Source of the DNA: a virus
Taxonomy: Duplodnaviria; Caudoviricetes
Direction: 5' to 3' (one strand)
DNA length: 58,538 nucleotides
IMG/VR virus record: IMGVR_UViG_3300038463_000101
Span: 1 to 58,538 of that record
This document shows, one piece after another, positions 1 through 9,145 of this stretch (positions are counted from its first letter, which is position 1; every line of letters begins with the position of its first letter). The notes beneath the pieces were generated by a model, which searched no databases, had not been told where the DNA came from, and worked only from the letters and a program-made list of their open reading frames with translations. A program made the translations under genes and the position numbers.

Positions 1-1
1 C

Positions 2-442
2 CGAGCGCTACATCACCCATATGGCTTCTTTGAAGACGAGGTGCCCTGGCAACTCGAAGGAGAACCCATCCGCCAGCGCGGGCCGGGGGAGATAGCGGAC
101 TCGGTAACGACGTGTAAAGTGGCCGGCATCGTGAACGGCATGCGGCAGTTGCCCTGTTACGCCACGTTCAAGCCTGGGCCGAAGGTTTGCCCGTATTGTG
201 GTCTGCCGATATTTACCCAACCCCGCAAGGTGTCTGTCGTGGAGGGCGAGCTGCAACAGGTGCAAGGGCCGATGGTGGCGGCGAACAATGGGCGTATCAT
301 GCGGGCGCTGTACGAGTCGCTCTACCAAGATCACAAAAGACGCTGGAAGCCTGGGTATAAACCAAACTATGCGCGGACGGCAGCGGCGCATGTGTTTAAG
401 AAGAAGTATGGGATTTTTCCGCCGAGGGAGTGGACAGCGTAA
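2..442 (+). CDS. C-terminal part of SF2 (YejH/RadD-like) phage helicase, 5'-truncated by window
   Basis: Open frame from base 2; HPYGFFEDEVPWQLEG followed by zinc-ribbon CYATFKPGPKVCPYCG; context upstream of VRR-NUC and primase zinc finger. Confidence 0.55.
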   Translation, partial: RALHHPYGFFEDEVPWQLEGEPIRQRGPGEIADSVTTCKVAGIVNGMRQLPCYATFKPGPKVCPYCGLPIFTQPRKVSVVEGELQQVQGPMVAANNGRIMRALYESLYQDHKRRWKPGYKPNYARTAAAHVFKKKYGIFPPREWTA

Positions 443-676
443 ATGGCGCTCACCATCGAAATGCACGACCCTGCAGGCACAATACTGCAGGAAATCGCTG
501 ACGGCTATCCACAGCGCTCCGTGGCTTTGACCTACGCTTTCTGTATCGCGCAGGGCCATAAGGATTTCGCGGGAATCAACGCCGCTATTCGCAAGCGATG
601 GAAGGGCAAATCGGCGTTGGAGCGAGTCAAGAAAATGGCGTGGAAGCAGATTGACGTATGGTGGGGTAAGGCGTGA
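443..676 (+). CDS. hypothetical protein
   Basis: 77 aa ORF whose ATG immediately follows the previous TAA. Confidence 0.6.
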   Translation: MALTIEMHDPAGTILQEIADGYPQRSVALTYAFCIAQGHKDFAGINAAIRKRWKGKSALERVKKMAWKQIDVWWGKA

Positions 677-941
677 GCTTGCTACTAGTGATGTGCCTCA
701 AGTGTTACTTGACTTTTTGGGAAGGACCGGACTGTTGCCCGTTTTGCCACATCAAGTTGAATAAGCGCACCTGCCGCAAAAGCAAGCCGGAGCCAACAGA
801 ACCGGATTCTCGGCGTACCGTAGGGGGGCCGCGAAGTGTCTGACTGGATTTGGTGCCGATTAGGGAATATCGCCTATCCTGGGCTGGGACGGCAGGGTAC
901 GTGGCGCTATCGGCTGGCGATCTGGCTATGGAGCCGTTGCC

Positions 942-1310
942 ATGTCTGACGCCAACGCCCTCACCGCCAAACTTCTGATCGAGATTCCCGCTCGGTTCCC
1001 GAACATCCGCGTGTGGCGTAACAACAGAGTTGACGCCATGCTCCCCGGATTTAACGGAAGGATGCGCCGCGTCCAGGCGGGTATCGACGGGCAAGCGGAC
1101 ATCTCCGGCATCGTCGGGCCGTCAGGAAAAAGATTGGAATTGGAAGTAAAATGCGGCAAGGATCGCCAAAGTTTAGAGCAGATAGCGTTTGAGCGCATGA
1201 TACGCGAGCGTGGCGGTGTGTACGTTCTCGTGGCCTATCAGCGCGATAACGGCGGCATGACGATGGACGGCGTGGTGAAGTGGACGCTGGAGATGCTGGC
1301 GGATTTATGA
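942..1310 (+). CDS. VRR-NUC domain nuclease
   Basis: VWRNN...GIDGQADISG...LELEVK...QSLEQIAF...RGGVY pattern; RBS GGAG upstream. Confidence 0.85.
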   Translation: MSDANALTAKLLIEIPARFPNIRVWRNNRVDAMLPGFNGRMRRVQAGIDGQADISGIVGPSGKRLELEVKCGKDRQSLEQIAFERMIRERGGVYVLVAYQRDNGGMTMDGVVKWTLEMLADL

Positions 1311-1936
1311 TTTCGGCGCACACCCTTTCTGCCATCAAAGCCGCCACCGACCTGCAAGCGCTGGCGGCCGAGTACGTTGTGGTGAAGAAGTCAGGTGCTC
1401 AGTACTTGTGCCTTTGCCCCTTCCATAACGACCGCGAGCCGTCCTGCCGGATCTACCGCGAGCACTACTACTGCTTTTCCTGTCAATCGACGGGCTCGGC
1501 GGTGGACTGGGTGATGCACCACGAGAAGATACGCTTCTCCGAGGCCATACGCTTCCTGGCCGACCGCGCCGGAATCTCGCTCGATGAGAAGCCGCTGACC
1601 CGGAAGGCGCTCGCTTACGCGGTCGATGAAGCGCAGTTTTGCGCTTGGTGGTGGCGACGGCAGACTGATATAGTAGCGACTAGCGTTCAGGATGCCTTGA
1701 GCGAGGATGACGAGGAATGGCTGGGGTGCTTAGAGCGCATAACGGGCTGGATGCGAGCGCTACCTGCGGCTGAGAAGTTCTCGGTCTTCCGCGAGCGCAG
1801 GACGGAAGCCGAACGCAAACAGTGGAGGGAGGAACTTGCTTGTGAAGAAACGCTTAAAGATTGGCTGTTTGGTTTGTTTGATTCTCATTGGCGGGCCGGT
1901 CTGGGCCATGCCTGCGGTCGTCAAGAAGCCTGCTAA
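1307..1936 (+). CDS. CHC2 zinc-finger (DnaG N-terminal-like) protein
   Basis: CPFHNDREPSC...YYCFSC...GSAVDWVM...FSEAIRFLA; ATGA overlap with VRR-NUC; no TOPRIM domain evident. Confidence 0.85.
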   Translation: MISAHTLSAIKAATDLQALAAEYVVVKKSGAQYLCLCPFHNDREPSCRIYREHYYCFSCQSTGSAVDWVMHHEKIRFSEAIRFLADRAGISLDEKPLTRKALAYAVDEAQFCAWWWRRQTDIVATSVQDALSEDDEEWLGCLERITGWMRALPAAEKFSVFRERRTEAERKQWREELACEETLKDWLFGLFDSHWRAGLGHACGRQEAC

Positions 1937-2099
1937 GGCTGTCGTTCATCACGTCAACCGGCACCGGAGCATGTATATCTCCGGCGCGTCCTCGTTCTTT
2001 ATGGGGTACAGAATTGGGCGGAAGGTGACGAAGTGACGGACGCCTACGGCCATACGCACTGCTTGAGCAACACCCTGTTCTAGTCCTCACCAAGCGGCT

Positions 2100-3536
2100 A
2101 TGGACCCCAACCCATTCCTTGACGCCGCCGTCCATGCCGCCACTGGAGCCGGAACCAATGGCAACGTCACCGGCACTCTCACCTTCCTCCTCACCCGCCT
2201 TCTGACCACCAAAGACGCCACGCAACTCTACGCGCCGGAACTGATGCGGGCCGTGGCTGCGGCGCCGGGGGCTGAACAGCGCGGCGTGCAGCGCAAGCTC
2301 AAGGCGGCTTTTGGCCGGGATATGAACTCGCAGCAGTGGTGGGCAGACGTGAAAGAAGCTGGGGCCACCCTCGCCACAGCGCTGCCAAGCCATCTGCAAA
2401 CCTCACAAAACGGGACAGTTAAGCCGAACCTTGCCAACGCTATCACCATCGTCAGGCAGGAACTCAAGCTGGGCTACGACCAATTCGCCAACAGGGTCAT
2501 GCTCCTGGGGCCTACGCAATGGGGGCCACCACGCGCCTGGTGCGACCACGACGACATCGGGCTAGTCAACTACCTCCAACAGCAGGGAGTGAATCTGAGC
2601 GCTACGCAGACGGCAAATGACGCGGCTTTATACGTGGCTCGCGAGTCTTCCTTCCATCCAGTCAGAGACTGGCTAACCGGCCTCAAATGGGACGGCACGC
2701 ATCGCCTGGACTCCTGGATGGCACGGCATTTGGGTGTAACTGACTCTCAAATCAACTACTTGCGTAAGATAAGCTCGGCTTGGTGCATATCCGCCGTGGC
2801 CCGTATCCTGAATCCGGGGTGCCAGTCTAAGAACCTCATCGTCTTGGAAGGACCGCAAGACGTGGGCAAGTCCAAGGCGCTGCGGGCGCTGACGAACGGC
2901 CATCTCAGCGCGGATTCCGGGATTCAGTGGTTTCGCGACCAGCTTCCCGACATTGACCACGCGGAAATAGGCTCCTACATGCAAGGCGTCTGGATTTACG
3001 AGATAGGCGAGCTGGCCGCCATCCGTGGCAAGCGATGGGAGCGCGTGAAAGACTTCATCTCCTCCCAGGCTGACATTTTCCGGCGCAAATATGGCCGCAA
3101 TCTCGAAACGTATCCGCGCCAATGCCTCTTCGCTGGCTCAACGAACGAGACACGCTGGGGCGGCGATCCGACCGGCCTGGTGCGCTTCTGGCCGGCCTAC
3201 GTTAATCGCGTTGACGTGGACGGCATTCTCCGCGAGCGCGACCAGATTTGGGCTGAAGCTGTCTTCCGCTATCAGGACGGCGAGGACTGGTGGGGGGATG
3301 AGAACTTCAAGGAACTCGCGCGAGTCGAGCAGGAAAAGCGCCAACCTGACGATGCCTGGACCGATAAAGTCCAACGTGCTTGCTCGTTAAAGACCGATGT
3401 TTCCGTATTAGAAATTATGGAAGCTCTGAACATCCCGCTGGAGAGGCAGGACCAAGTGGCGCATCGCATCACGCGAGCGCTGGGGGTGTTGGGGTGGAAG
3501 AGGGAAGGACGGCGTTACACGAGGGAGGGTTTGTAG
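2100..3536 (+). CDS. VapE/VirE-family primase-associated helicase
   Basis: FHPVRDWL..LKWDG..RL, Walker A GPQDVGKS, WIYEIGEL, YPRQCLFAGSTN, DPTG..RFWP, RDQIWAEA. Confidence 0.9.
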   Translation: MDPNPFLDAAVHAATGAGTNGNVTGTLTFLLTRLLTTKDATQLYAPELMRAVAAAPGAEQRGVQRKLKAAFGRDMNSQQWWADVKEAGATLATALPSHLQTSQNGTVKPNLANAITIVRQELKLGYDQFANRVMLLGPTQWGPPRAWCDHDDIGLVNYLQQQGVNLSATQTANDAALYVARESSFHPVRDWLTGLKWDGTHRLDSWMARHLGVTDSQINYLRKISSAWCISAVARILNPGCQSKNLIVLEGPQDVGKSKALRALTNGHLSADSGIQWFRDQLPDIDHAEIGSYMQGVWIYEIGELAAIRGKRWERVKDFISSQADIFRRKYGRNLETYPRQCLFAGSTNETRWGGDPTGLVRFWPAYVNRVDVDGILRERDQIWAEAVFRYQDGEDWWGDENFKELARVEQEKRQPDDAWTDKVQRACSLKTDVSVLEIMEALNIPLERQDQVAHRITRALGVLGWKREGRRYTREGL

Positions 3537-3548
3537 ACGCGGGCGGCT

Positions 3549-3713
3549 TTACCCGCCACCATCCCGAATCTCCTTCAGCGCCTCGATAAACTCCCGCACT
3601 GCCGCCTTCTTCTCTTCCTCGCTCCACTCAGCGGGCGCGATATCCTCCGCGGCGCCCCATTCATCCGGCGCAAAGCACTCCTCGCCGTAGAGGTTGTAGA
3701 CGATATCAGGCAT
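3549..3713 (-). CDS. small acidic hypothetical protein (54 aa)
   Basis: Hand translation MPDIVYNLYGEE...; start overlaps stop of upstream ORF. Confidence 0.5.
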   Translation of the reverse strand: MPDIVYNLYGEECFAPDEWGAAEDIAPAEWSEEEKKAAVREFIEALKEIRDGGG

Positions 3714-3873
3714 GGTCTGACCGCCATCCCACCATCACCGGCTTCGGTTGGCGCTTCCAACCCTTGAATGGGCGAAACCGCACTTCCCAAGAGCCGATGG
3801 ACTTATCGAAGCCCGGAACCAACCGCAGACTGCGTAACTCCCGGCTCATCTTGCGTGCTGCACTCAGAGTCAT
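3706..3873 (-). CDS. small hypothetical protein (55 aa)
   Basis: Hand translation MTLSAARK...; preceded by the same leader GGATAACGAGAAAATGAC as ORF 4271-4537. Confidence 0.5.
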   Translation of the reverse strand: MTLSAARKMSRELRSLRLVPGFDKSIGSWEVRFRPFKGWKRQPKPVMVGWRSDHA

Positions 3874-3912
3874 TTTCTCGTTATCCTCTCAAAGTTCCAG
3901 ATTCTAAAAACT
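3869..3912. repeat. dispersed direct repeat copy 1 (CTCGTT..TC[AG]AAGTT..A-tract)
   Basis: GTCATTTTCTCGTTATCCT identical at 3869-3887 and 4533-4551; similarity continues ~25 nt. Confidence 0.8.
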
Positions 3913-4165
3913 TACTGTCATACTTCCTACGCGCCCGCGCCCGCACACTCGGCACGTAGCGCTGCCGGTTATACTCCCGCATTGCCTTCTTGCACGCGGC
4001 GCATCGGCACCCCAGCCCCGCGTACCGGCTGATTGTGCCGTGCTGCGCCTTCGTCTCGGCCTTGAGTTTCGGAGCGCGTTTAGGAGCCGCGCCCCGTCTC
4101 ATACGCTGGCGTTCCGCCCAGTCGTAAGCCGCCTCAATCATCGCGTCGAGCGTCACTGGTAGCAT
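3881..4165 (-). CDS. hypothetical Cys-cluster protein
   Basis: HGTISRYAGLGCRCAACK motif typical of small phage DNA-binding proteins. Confidence 0.6.
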   Translation of the reverse strand: MLPVTLDAMIEAAYDWAERQRMRRGAAPKRAPKLKAETKAQHGTISRYAGLGCRCAACKKAMREYNRQRYVPSVRARARRKYDSKFLESGTLRG

Positions 4166-4270
4166 CCAGCATAGCCATTAACCGGCGCACCCGGCAACGC
4201 GCGTCCAGAATGCCCATGACCGCGATACCAACCATTGCGACGAATGGCGGGATGAGCACGATCAAATACT

Positions 4271-4537
4271 TCATATCGGCGTCACGTCCGGTTCGTAGTC
4301 GGTCGGCGCGTCCTGGGTGATGGCGTCGGATGCTCGCGCCAGTTCTACGAAATTCAGGTAGTTCCGCAGCGTCTTCTCCAATGCCGCAATATGCTCGTTG
4401 GTCATGTGAAATGAGATTTGCGAATCGCCAAGCGGACAAAAGACAATTAAATTTTCGGAATGCTTGGTTACTGTCGGCTCAATCACCTTATCGGCGTCAA
4501 GCAAGATCGAAGTGGTGCTGTACTGCTGATGTGTCAT
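4271..4537 (-). CDS. hypothetical protein
   Basis: 88 aa ORF with repeat-derived RBS. Confidence 0.6.
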   Translation of the reverse strand: MTHQQYSTTSILLDADKVIEPTVTKHSENLIVFCPLGDSQISFHMTNEHIAALEKTLRNYLNFVELARASDAITQDAPTDYEPDVTPI

Positions 4538-4575
4538 TTTCTCGTTATCCTTCCGAAGTTTGAAATTTAAAAAAC
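4533..4575. repeat. dispersed direct repeat copy 2
   Basis: See copy 1. Confidence 0.8.
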
Positions 4576-4709
4576 CCTGACTACACTGCGGTCAATCTCC
4601 CCCATCGCGCGGCCCAAACGAATCCGTCCAGTACCGCGAAGCCACACGCGCCCACGCTAAACCCGCCGGCAACCACGCCCACACCGGCAGGCAGACAACC
4701 ACCAGCACC

Positions 4710-5396
4710 CTACGCCATCGCACGGTTAGCCTCCAGCCGCCGCGCCAGCCGCTCCTCACCATCGACCACATTCTTGACGCTGCTGGCGTACCACTGCTTG
4801 CCGCGCCTCGGCTTAACTTTGTTAGCGTTGAGCGCTTGCGCGATAGCCAGGAGTGTATAGCCGTCATCACGTAACGCGCGTATCTGGCTCGCCACTTCCG
4901 CCTCGCCTTCCAACTCGCCATAGTACTTCTGCCCCTCGTTCCTGCCATCCCTTCGGCGTGCTCGGTCCCGGCTGGCCTTGAGTTTGCGAACGGTCATCAC
5001 GCGATCATATTCCGCGAGACTGCCAAGGATCTGGCGAAACAATACCCGCGTGGGGTCTTCATTGCTCGTGTCCTCGCCCGCGGCCGTCATTAACTCAACC
5101 TCTCTGCGCCGCAAGTCGCGAAGAATGTACTCCTGCACAAACAGCTCACGCGCAAGCCTATCTAATTTCTCAACGATGATCGTTCGCACGCCGTTCAGCG
5201 CCTCGATCATTTCCGACCATGCCGGCCTATCTTCCCACTCGGTCGCGCCGCACACGCCTTTTTCCTCGTACCAGGCTACGATTTCATAGCCGTGCGATTT
5301 GGCGTAGCCTTCGATGGCCGCGCGCTGCCTGACCGGGCCATCACCCGCGACCTGGCCTAAGCCAGAGACGCGGATGTAGCCAAAGGCGGGTTTCAC
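4710..5396 (-). CDS. serine recombinase (resolvase catalytic domain + Recombinase domain)
   Basis: GYIRVS catalytic motif, RPAW, KLDRLAR, C-terminal IAQALN...PRRGKQWYASSV; GTG start overlapping upstream TGA. Confidence 0.9.
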   Translation of the reverse strand: MKPAFGYIRVSGLGQVAGDGPVRQRAAIEGYAKSHGYEIVAWYEEKGVCGATEWEDRPAWSEMIEALNGVRTIIVEKLDRLARELFVQEYILRDLRRREVELMTAAGEDTSNEDPTRVLFRQILGSLAEYDRVMTVRKLKASRDRARRRDGRNEGQKYYGELEGEAEVASQIRALRDDGYTLLAIAQALNANKVKPRRGKQWYASSVKNVVDGEERLARRLEANRAMA

Positions 5397-5704
5397 TGCC
5401 CGCTGCCTTCCGCCATTTGTGAGGCGAAACGGTCTTTTGCAACCAAGACGGCCCAGACGCACGCTGGCCGATGCGAACTAACAAAGCTCGCCAAGTCCAG
5501 CCAATTCAATTTAACGGCGTACTCATCTCCATCTTTGAGCCAACTCCTAACGCGGTCAGTGGCAAGCTCTACCGATTTGGCGTAGCGGATTAGCTTACCA
5601 TTTTCACGAATGTCAGCGGCCTCAAGGTCAATCGCCTTGCGTGCGTCTTCTTCGCGTACTCCGAACTCTTTTGCTAATGCAAAACCTGCTTCGATACTGT
5701 CCAT
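5393..5704 (-). CDS. hypothetical protein
   Basis: 103 aa, RBS GAGG, coupled to recombinase. Confidence 0.6.
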   Translation of the reverse strand: MDSIEAGFALAKEFGVREEDARKAIDLEAADIRENGKLIRYAKSVELATDRVRSWLKDGDEYAVKLNWLDLASFVSSHRPACVWAVLVAKDRFASQMAEGSGQ

Positions 5705-5726
5705 TTCCTCTGCGCCTCCCAGCGCT

Positions 5727-5815
5727 CAAAACTCGTTTAACTCTCGAAGTTCCAAAATTCAAAAAATTTACGACAAAAACTCGTTTAAAGTCTCGAAGTT
5801 CCAAAACCTAAAAAG
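5727..5815. repeat. tandem pair of the same ~45-bp repeat (copies 3 and 4)
   Basis: AAAACTCGTTTAA..TCTCGAAGTTCCAAAA..AAAAA twice, ~47-48 bp apart. Confidence 0.8.
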
Positions 5816-5827
5816 ATTGTATGCCCA

Positions 5828-6040
5828 CTACCGCTGTATGTCAACACCTTTTTTCTTGCAGCAGTCGAAAGACCGGGAGCGGGCGCGTTTCAAGCTGTTC
5901 TGTCCACAAGGGCATCGCTCGGCAGCTCTGGGTGGCCCGCCGCGCGTAACTCTCATAGCGTTTATTTGCCGCATCCACCGCGAGACGGCCGCCGGCGGGC
6001 GGGCGGGCTTGATTACCTTCTTATCGTTTACCTTTGCCAT
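5828..6040 (-). CDS. small basic Cys-containing protein
   Basis: 70 aa, CPCG...CC; CATACT-like -10 just upstream. Confidence 0.5.
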   Translation of the reverse strand: MAKVNDKKVIKPARPPAAVSRWMRQINAMRVTRGGPPRAAERCPCGQNSLKRARSRSFDCCKKKGVDIQR

Positions 6041-6117
6041 ACATCCCTAGTATGTCCTACCATTGCCGATACTTAGCATTTATTTTCATTTTTTCTTACA
6101 GGAAACAAGAAAAACTA

Positions 6118-6146
6118 TTGACAAACTACGGTAGATTGCATAAACT
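6118..6146 (+). promoter_or_regulatory. sigma70-type promoter for DUF932 gene
   Basis: TTGACA-17 bp-TAAACT with AT-rich upstream region. Confidence 0.75.
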
Positions 6147-6174
6147 GTAATTGACCCGTTTAGGAGCGGATCAA

Positions 6175-7215
6175 ATGCACAATATCAACACTTACATCGG
6201 CCGCCAGAGCGCATGGCACAATCTGGGAACGGTCACTGGGAACTACATGAGCTGGGCCGAGATTTTACAGCACGGCGGGCTTGACTTTGAGGTGGTGAAA
6301 AACCAACTCGAATACAACGGTATGCCCGTTGCAGCTTGGGGTATCTTCCGGAATGACAATGGCGCGTTTCTCGGAGCTGTTGGAGAACAGTACACTCCGA
6401 TTCAGCATCAACGCGGATTCGAGATGATCGATGCCCTGGTACGGAGCAAAGACGGCGCCCACTATGAAACTGCCGGCGTGCTCGGCGAGGGCGAAAAGGT
6501 TTGGGGACTCGCTGATTTAAAGCTAGCGGTTACCGTGGGCGATGATGTTCAGAATGGTTATCTGCTTTTCAGCACTTCGCATGACGGCAGCATGTCGCAT
6601 CAATATAAGACATGCTTAACGCGCGTGGTTTGCCAAAACACGTTGAACGTTGCTCTGGGCGAAAAGACTAAATCGGTTTTCCGCATCAAGCATACTCGCA
6701 ACAATGGCGACAAGATCGCCGATGCTCACCAAGCTCTTGCCGGCATCTCGGCGGATGTTTCCAGCATGGAACAAAAGCTGAACTTTCTCGCCGGCCGCAA
6801 GGTTACTAAAGAAGCGATGGTATCGGTTCTGGACCGTCTCTTTCCCGCCAAAAAAGACGATGATGGCAAGCCCGTTGACAGTACGCGCCGCGATAACATC
6901 CTGACTGCGATTCTCCACAATTACGAGTCAAATGATCACAACGCGTTCCCGGAGCAACGCGGGACCGCCTATAACCTGCTAAACTCGATAACCGAGCATA
7001 CCGATCATGAGCGTTCAACGCGCGGCAATGGGCGGGCGGAATCCGCTCTTTTCGGTTCGGGAGATGCACTCAAGTCGAAAGCGTTCGAGGTGCTGTTAGA
7101 GACGGCCGCCGGGCTACCTGAACGTCCCACGGTTACCAGGATGCCCGTCTATTCCGACATCCGCCCGTTCGCCGGCGGGCTCTTAGACTCAGTGTTGGCA
7201 GGGATGACAGCATGA
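6175..7215 (+). CDS. DUF932 family phage protein
   Basis: AWHNLG, YETAGVL, LLFSTSHDGS, RVVCQNTL, IKHT, GTAYNLLNSITE; RBS AGGAG. Confidence 0.9.
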   Translation: MHNINTYIGRQSAWHNLGTVTGNYMSWAEILQHGGLDFEVVKNQLEYNGMPVAAWGIFRNDNGAFLGAVGEQYTPIQHQRGFEMIDALVRSKDGAHYETAGVLGEGEKVWGLADLKLAVTVGDDVQNGYLLFSTSHDGSMSHQYKTCLTRVVCQNTLNVALGEKTKSVFRIKHTRNNGDKIADAHQALAGISADVSSMEQKLNFLAGRKVTKEAMVSVLDRLFPAKKDDDGKPVDSTRRDNILTAILHNYESNDHNAFPEQRGTAYNLLNSITEHTDHERSTRGNGRAESALFGSGDALKSKAFEVLLETAAGLPERPTVTRMPVYSDIRPFAGGLLDSVLAGMTA

Positions 7216-7361
7216 ACGCCCGCAAGCTTTATCCTCAAGTCATCCTAGCCCGCGTTGCTCAAGAGCATGATTGCAGAGATGGCGAAGTATCCGCCATCTC
7301 CGCTCATGTCTGCTTCCGGGCTATCCTCGCCATGGCAGTCTAGCCCGCCCTAAGCCCTTAA

Positions 7362-7394
7362 AGCCCACGGTTAACCGCCGTGGGCTCTTTTTAT
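7362..7394 (+). terminator. intrinsic terminator
   Basis: AGCCCACGG/CCGTGGGCT stem followed by CTTTTTATT, between convergent genes. Confidence 0.75.
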
Positions 7395-7609
7395 TGCCGC
7401 GCGGTCAAACCTTCCCCTCCTTCATTAGCCTGCTATACAAAGCATGGGCGTCTTTATCGGTAGCAGTTCCCGCCGCGATCATCCGCAAGCACTCCAAAGC
7501 TTCGTAACCAGCCAAGAGCCCGCCGTACAAACGATCAACCCTCGCAAACTCTTTCGGCACATCGGCGCGTAGGATAGCCGCATCGAACAGAAGTTTATAG
7601 AGAGCACGT

Positions 7610-8029
7610 TCAGCCCGCAGCTGCATTGGCGTCGATGACACCAAACACCTCCGGCGGCCGTACACAGAGTTCCTCGCCAGTGCTGAGAACCTTCCCGTAT
7701 TGATCGGTCACGACCGGGCCTGGTAACGGAATGCCCAACTTTTCGCGGCAATGCTTGCAAATGCAAATGTAGCGAATACGTCTCTCCTTGCCAGCTCCCC
7801 TTCGGCTATTCGCAAGGTCTGCCCCGATCAGGATATTCCTGCCCTCGCAGTGCTTTCCACCCGCCTTACACTCCGGGCAGATGAAAAACTCATCCTCGAT
7901 CGGGAATCCCAGCAGCGCGAACCGACGGATAGCGTAACGCAGCACGGCCGCCACGCTCATTCCCATCTCAGTCGCCTTACCGTCCAATATGTCTAAGATA
8001 TCGTCTCCAACGTCAACAGTCTTGTGCAT
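7610..8029 (-). CDS. ribbon-helix-helix (CopG-like) + zinc-finger protein
   Basis: N-term KTVDVGDDILDILDGKATEMGMSVAAVLRYAIRR; CPEC...HC...CICKHC; RBS GAGG. Confidence 0.6.
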   Translation of the reverse strand: MHKTVDVGDDILDILDGKATEMGMSVAAVLRYAIRRFALLGFPIEDEFFICPECKAGGKHCEGRNILIGADLANSRRGAGKERRIRYICICKHCREKLGIPLPGPVVTDQYGKVLSTGEELCVRPPEVFGVIDANAAAG

Positions 8030-8401
8030 CGTGTATCGTTCTCCTCTTTATACGACCTTGCGTATGACCAGATGATACCTTATCTTCCAATGTTTTCTCA
8101 AGCCCGCAAATCCGGCCCTGCCATCCTTGCTAAAACCTCAATCGTCCCAAAATTGGAAATACCAATGCAATCAACATCTTACCAGATAACATACTGTAAT
8201 AATATCTCATATGATAATTCAGTAAGGGCATTTGAAACATATGAAAGAATGGGTGGACTGATGGAGGAGGTAAGGATGTTAGAGGAGGAGTGTAGGAGGA
8301 GTGTTAACTCTAACATCAGTCCAGTGGTTTTGTCGAATGTTGGGAAGTGGCACTCCTAGAGAGCACTAGTATGGACTAATGGAAGATACCGAATAATAGA
8401 G

Positions 8402-8767
8402 CTATTCCAGCTTCAGCCCGTCCAGCTGCTTCCCCGCAGCTCTGATATGCGCCCTCAGATATTGCGCGGCCGCCCGATGCTTACACGCGAACGAAAGCGT
8501 ATCAAGAGCCCGCCCGTTATCGTCTAGCAATAGCAACTTAATCCGCTGATTCGATTGATACACGCGAGCATTAGGACGCGGACCCTTACGAGGTGCCGGC
8601 AGCGCGATGATATCCGAACTCAATGCTCCGCTACTCTGAAAAACATTCCCAAACCCATCTCTTTCGATTGTTCCACGTGAAACACCCCGCTCCATATCGG
8701 GCTCGATTGGCGCAATAGCGTTTGTCTGGACGCGATTGTCAGGTTGTTTGGCAGGCTTGCCTGGCAT
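8402..8767 (-). CDS. hypothetical protein (contains parS)
   Basis: 121 aa ORF with TAGAAT upstream of ATG. Confidence 0.45.
   Translation of the reverse strand: MPGKPAKQPDNRVQTNAIAPIEPDMERGVSRGTIERDGFGNVFQSSGALSSDIIALPAPRKGPRPNARVYQSNQRIKLLLLDDNGRALDTLSFACKHRAAAQYLRAHIRAAGKQLDGLKLE
8669..8684. other. parS: parS-like ParB binding site
   Basis: TGTTCCACGTGAAACA, exact match to consensus TGTTNCACGTGAAACA. Confidence 0.7.
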
Positions 8768-8980
8768 CTGACCGCGATTCTAGCGCAAACGCGCCATAAA
8801 CGCATATCGGCCGCCCGCCAGCACCCGCGCATACATTCTTCTTCAGAACTTTGTATAGATAGGTCGATAGTCTGGTAATTTTGCTAGTCCATAGTCTGCC
8901 GCCGAGTTGTCGGTTATGGGGAGGCGCAGGAAAATTCGCGGCATGTTCGAGATGCAGAAAAGGGTTGGTGCAGATCCCGG

Positions 8981-9037
8981 CTGGTAGCGTGTGGGGGGTT
9001 GACAGGGCGGCTGGTAGCGTGTAGACTGGTAGCGTGT
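8981..9037 (+). promoter_or_regulatory. sigma70 promoter with three CTGGTAGCGTGT boxes
   Basis: TTGACA(8999)-17-TAGACT(9022); CTGGTAGCGTGT at 8981, 9011, 9026. Confidence 0.75.
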
Positions 9038-9145
9038 AGGCGCATAGCCACAGCTCAGGTACGTTCGGCTTTGCACCCGAAACGTGGAGAGAAGCCTGAT
9101 CGGCCTACGCTTTGCTTTTGATTCGACCAGGGGAAGGAAGGGTAG

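Noticed and set aside
1673-1683. GTAGCGACTAG partial match to the promoter motif
   Set aside because: Inside the CHC2 gene with no flanking -35/-10; not counted as a promoter, could be chance or a lone operator
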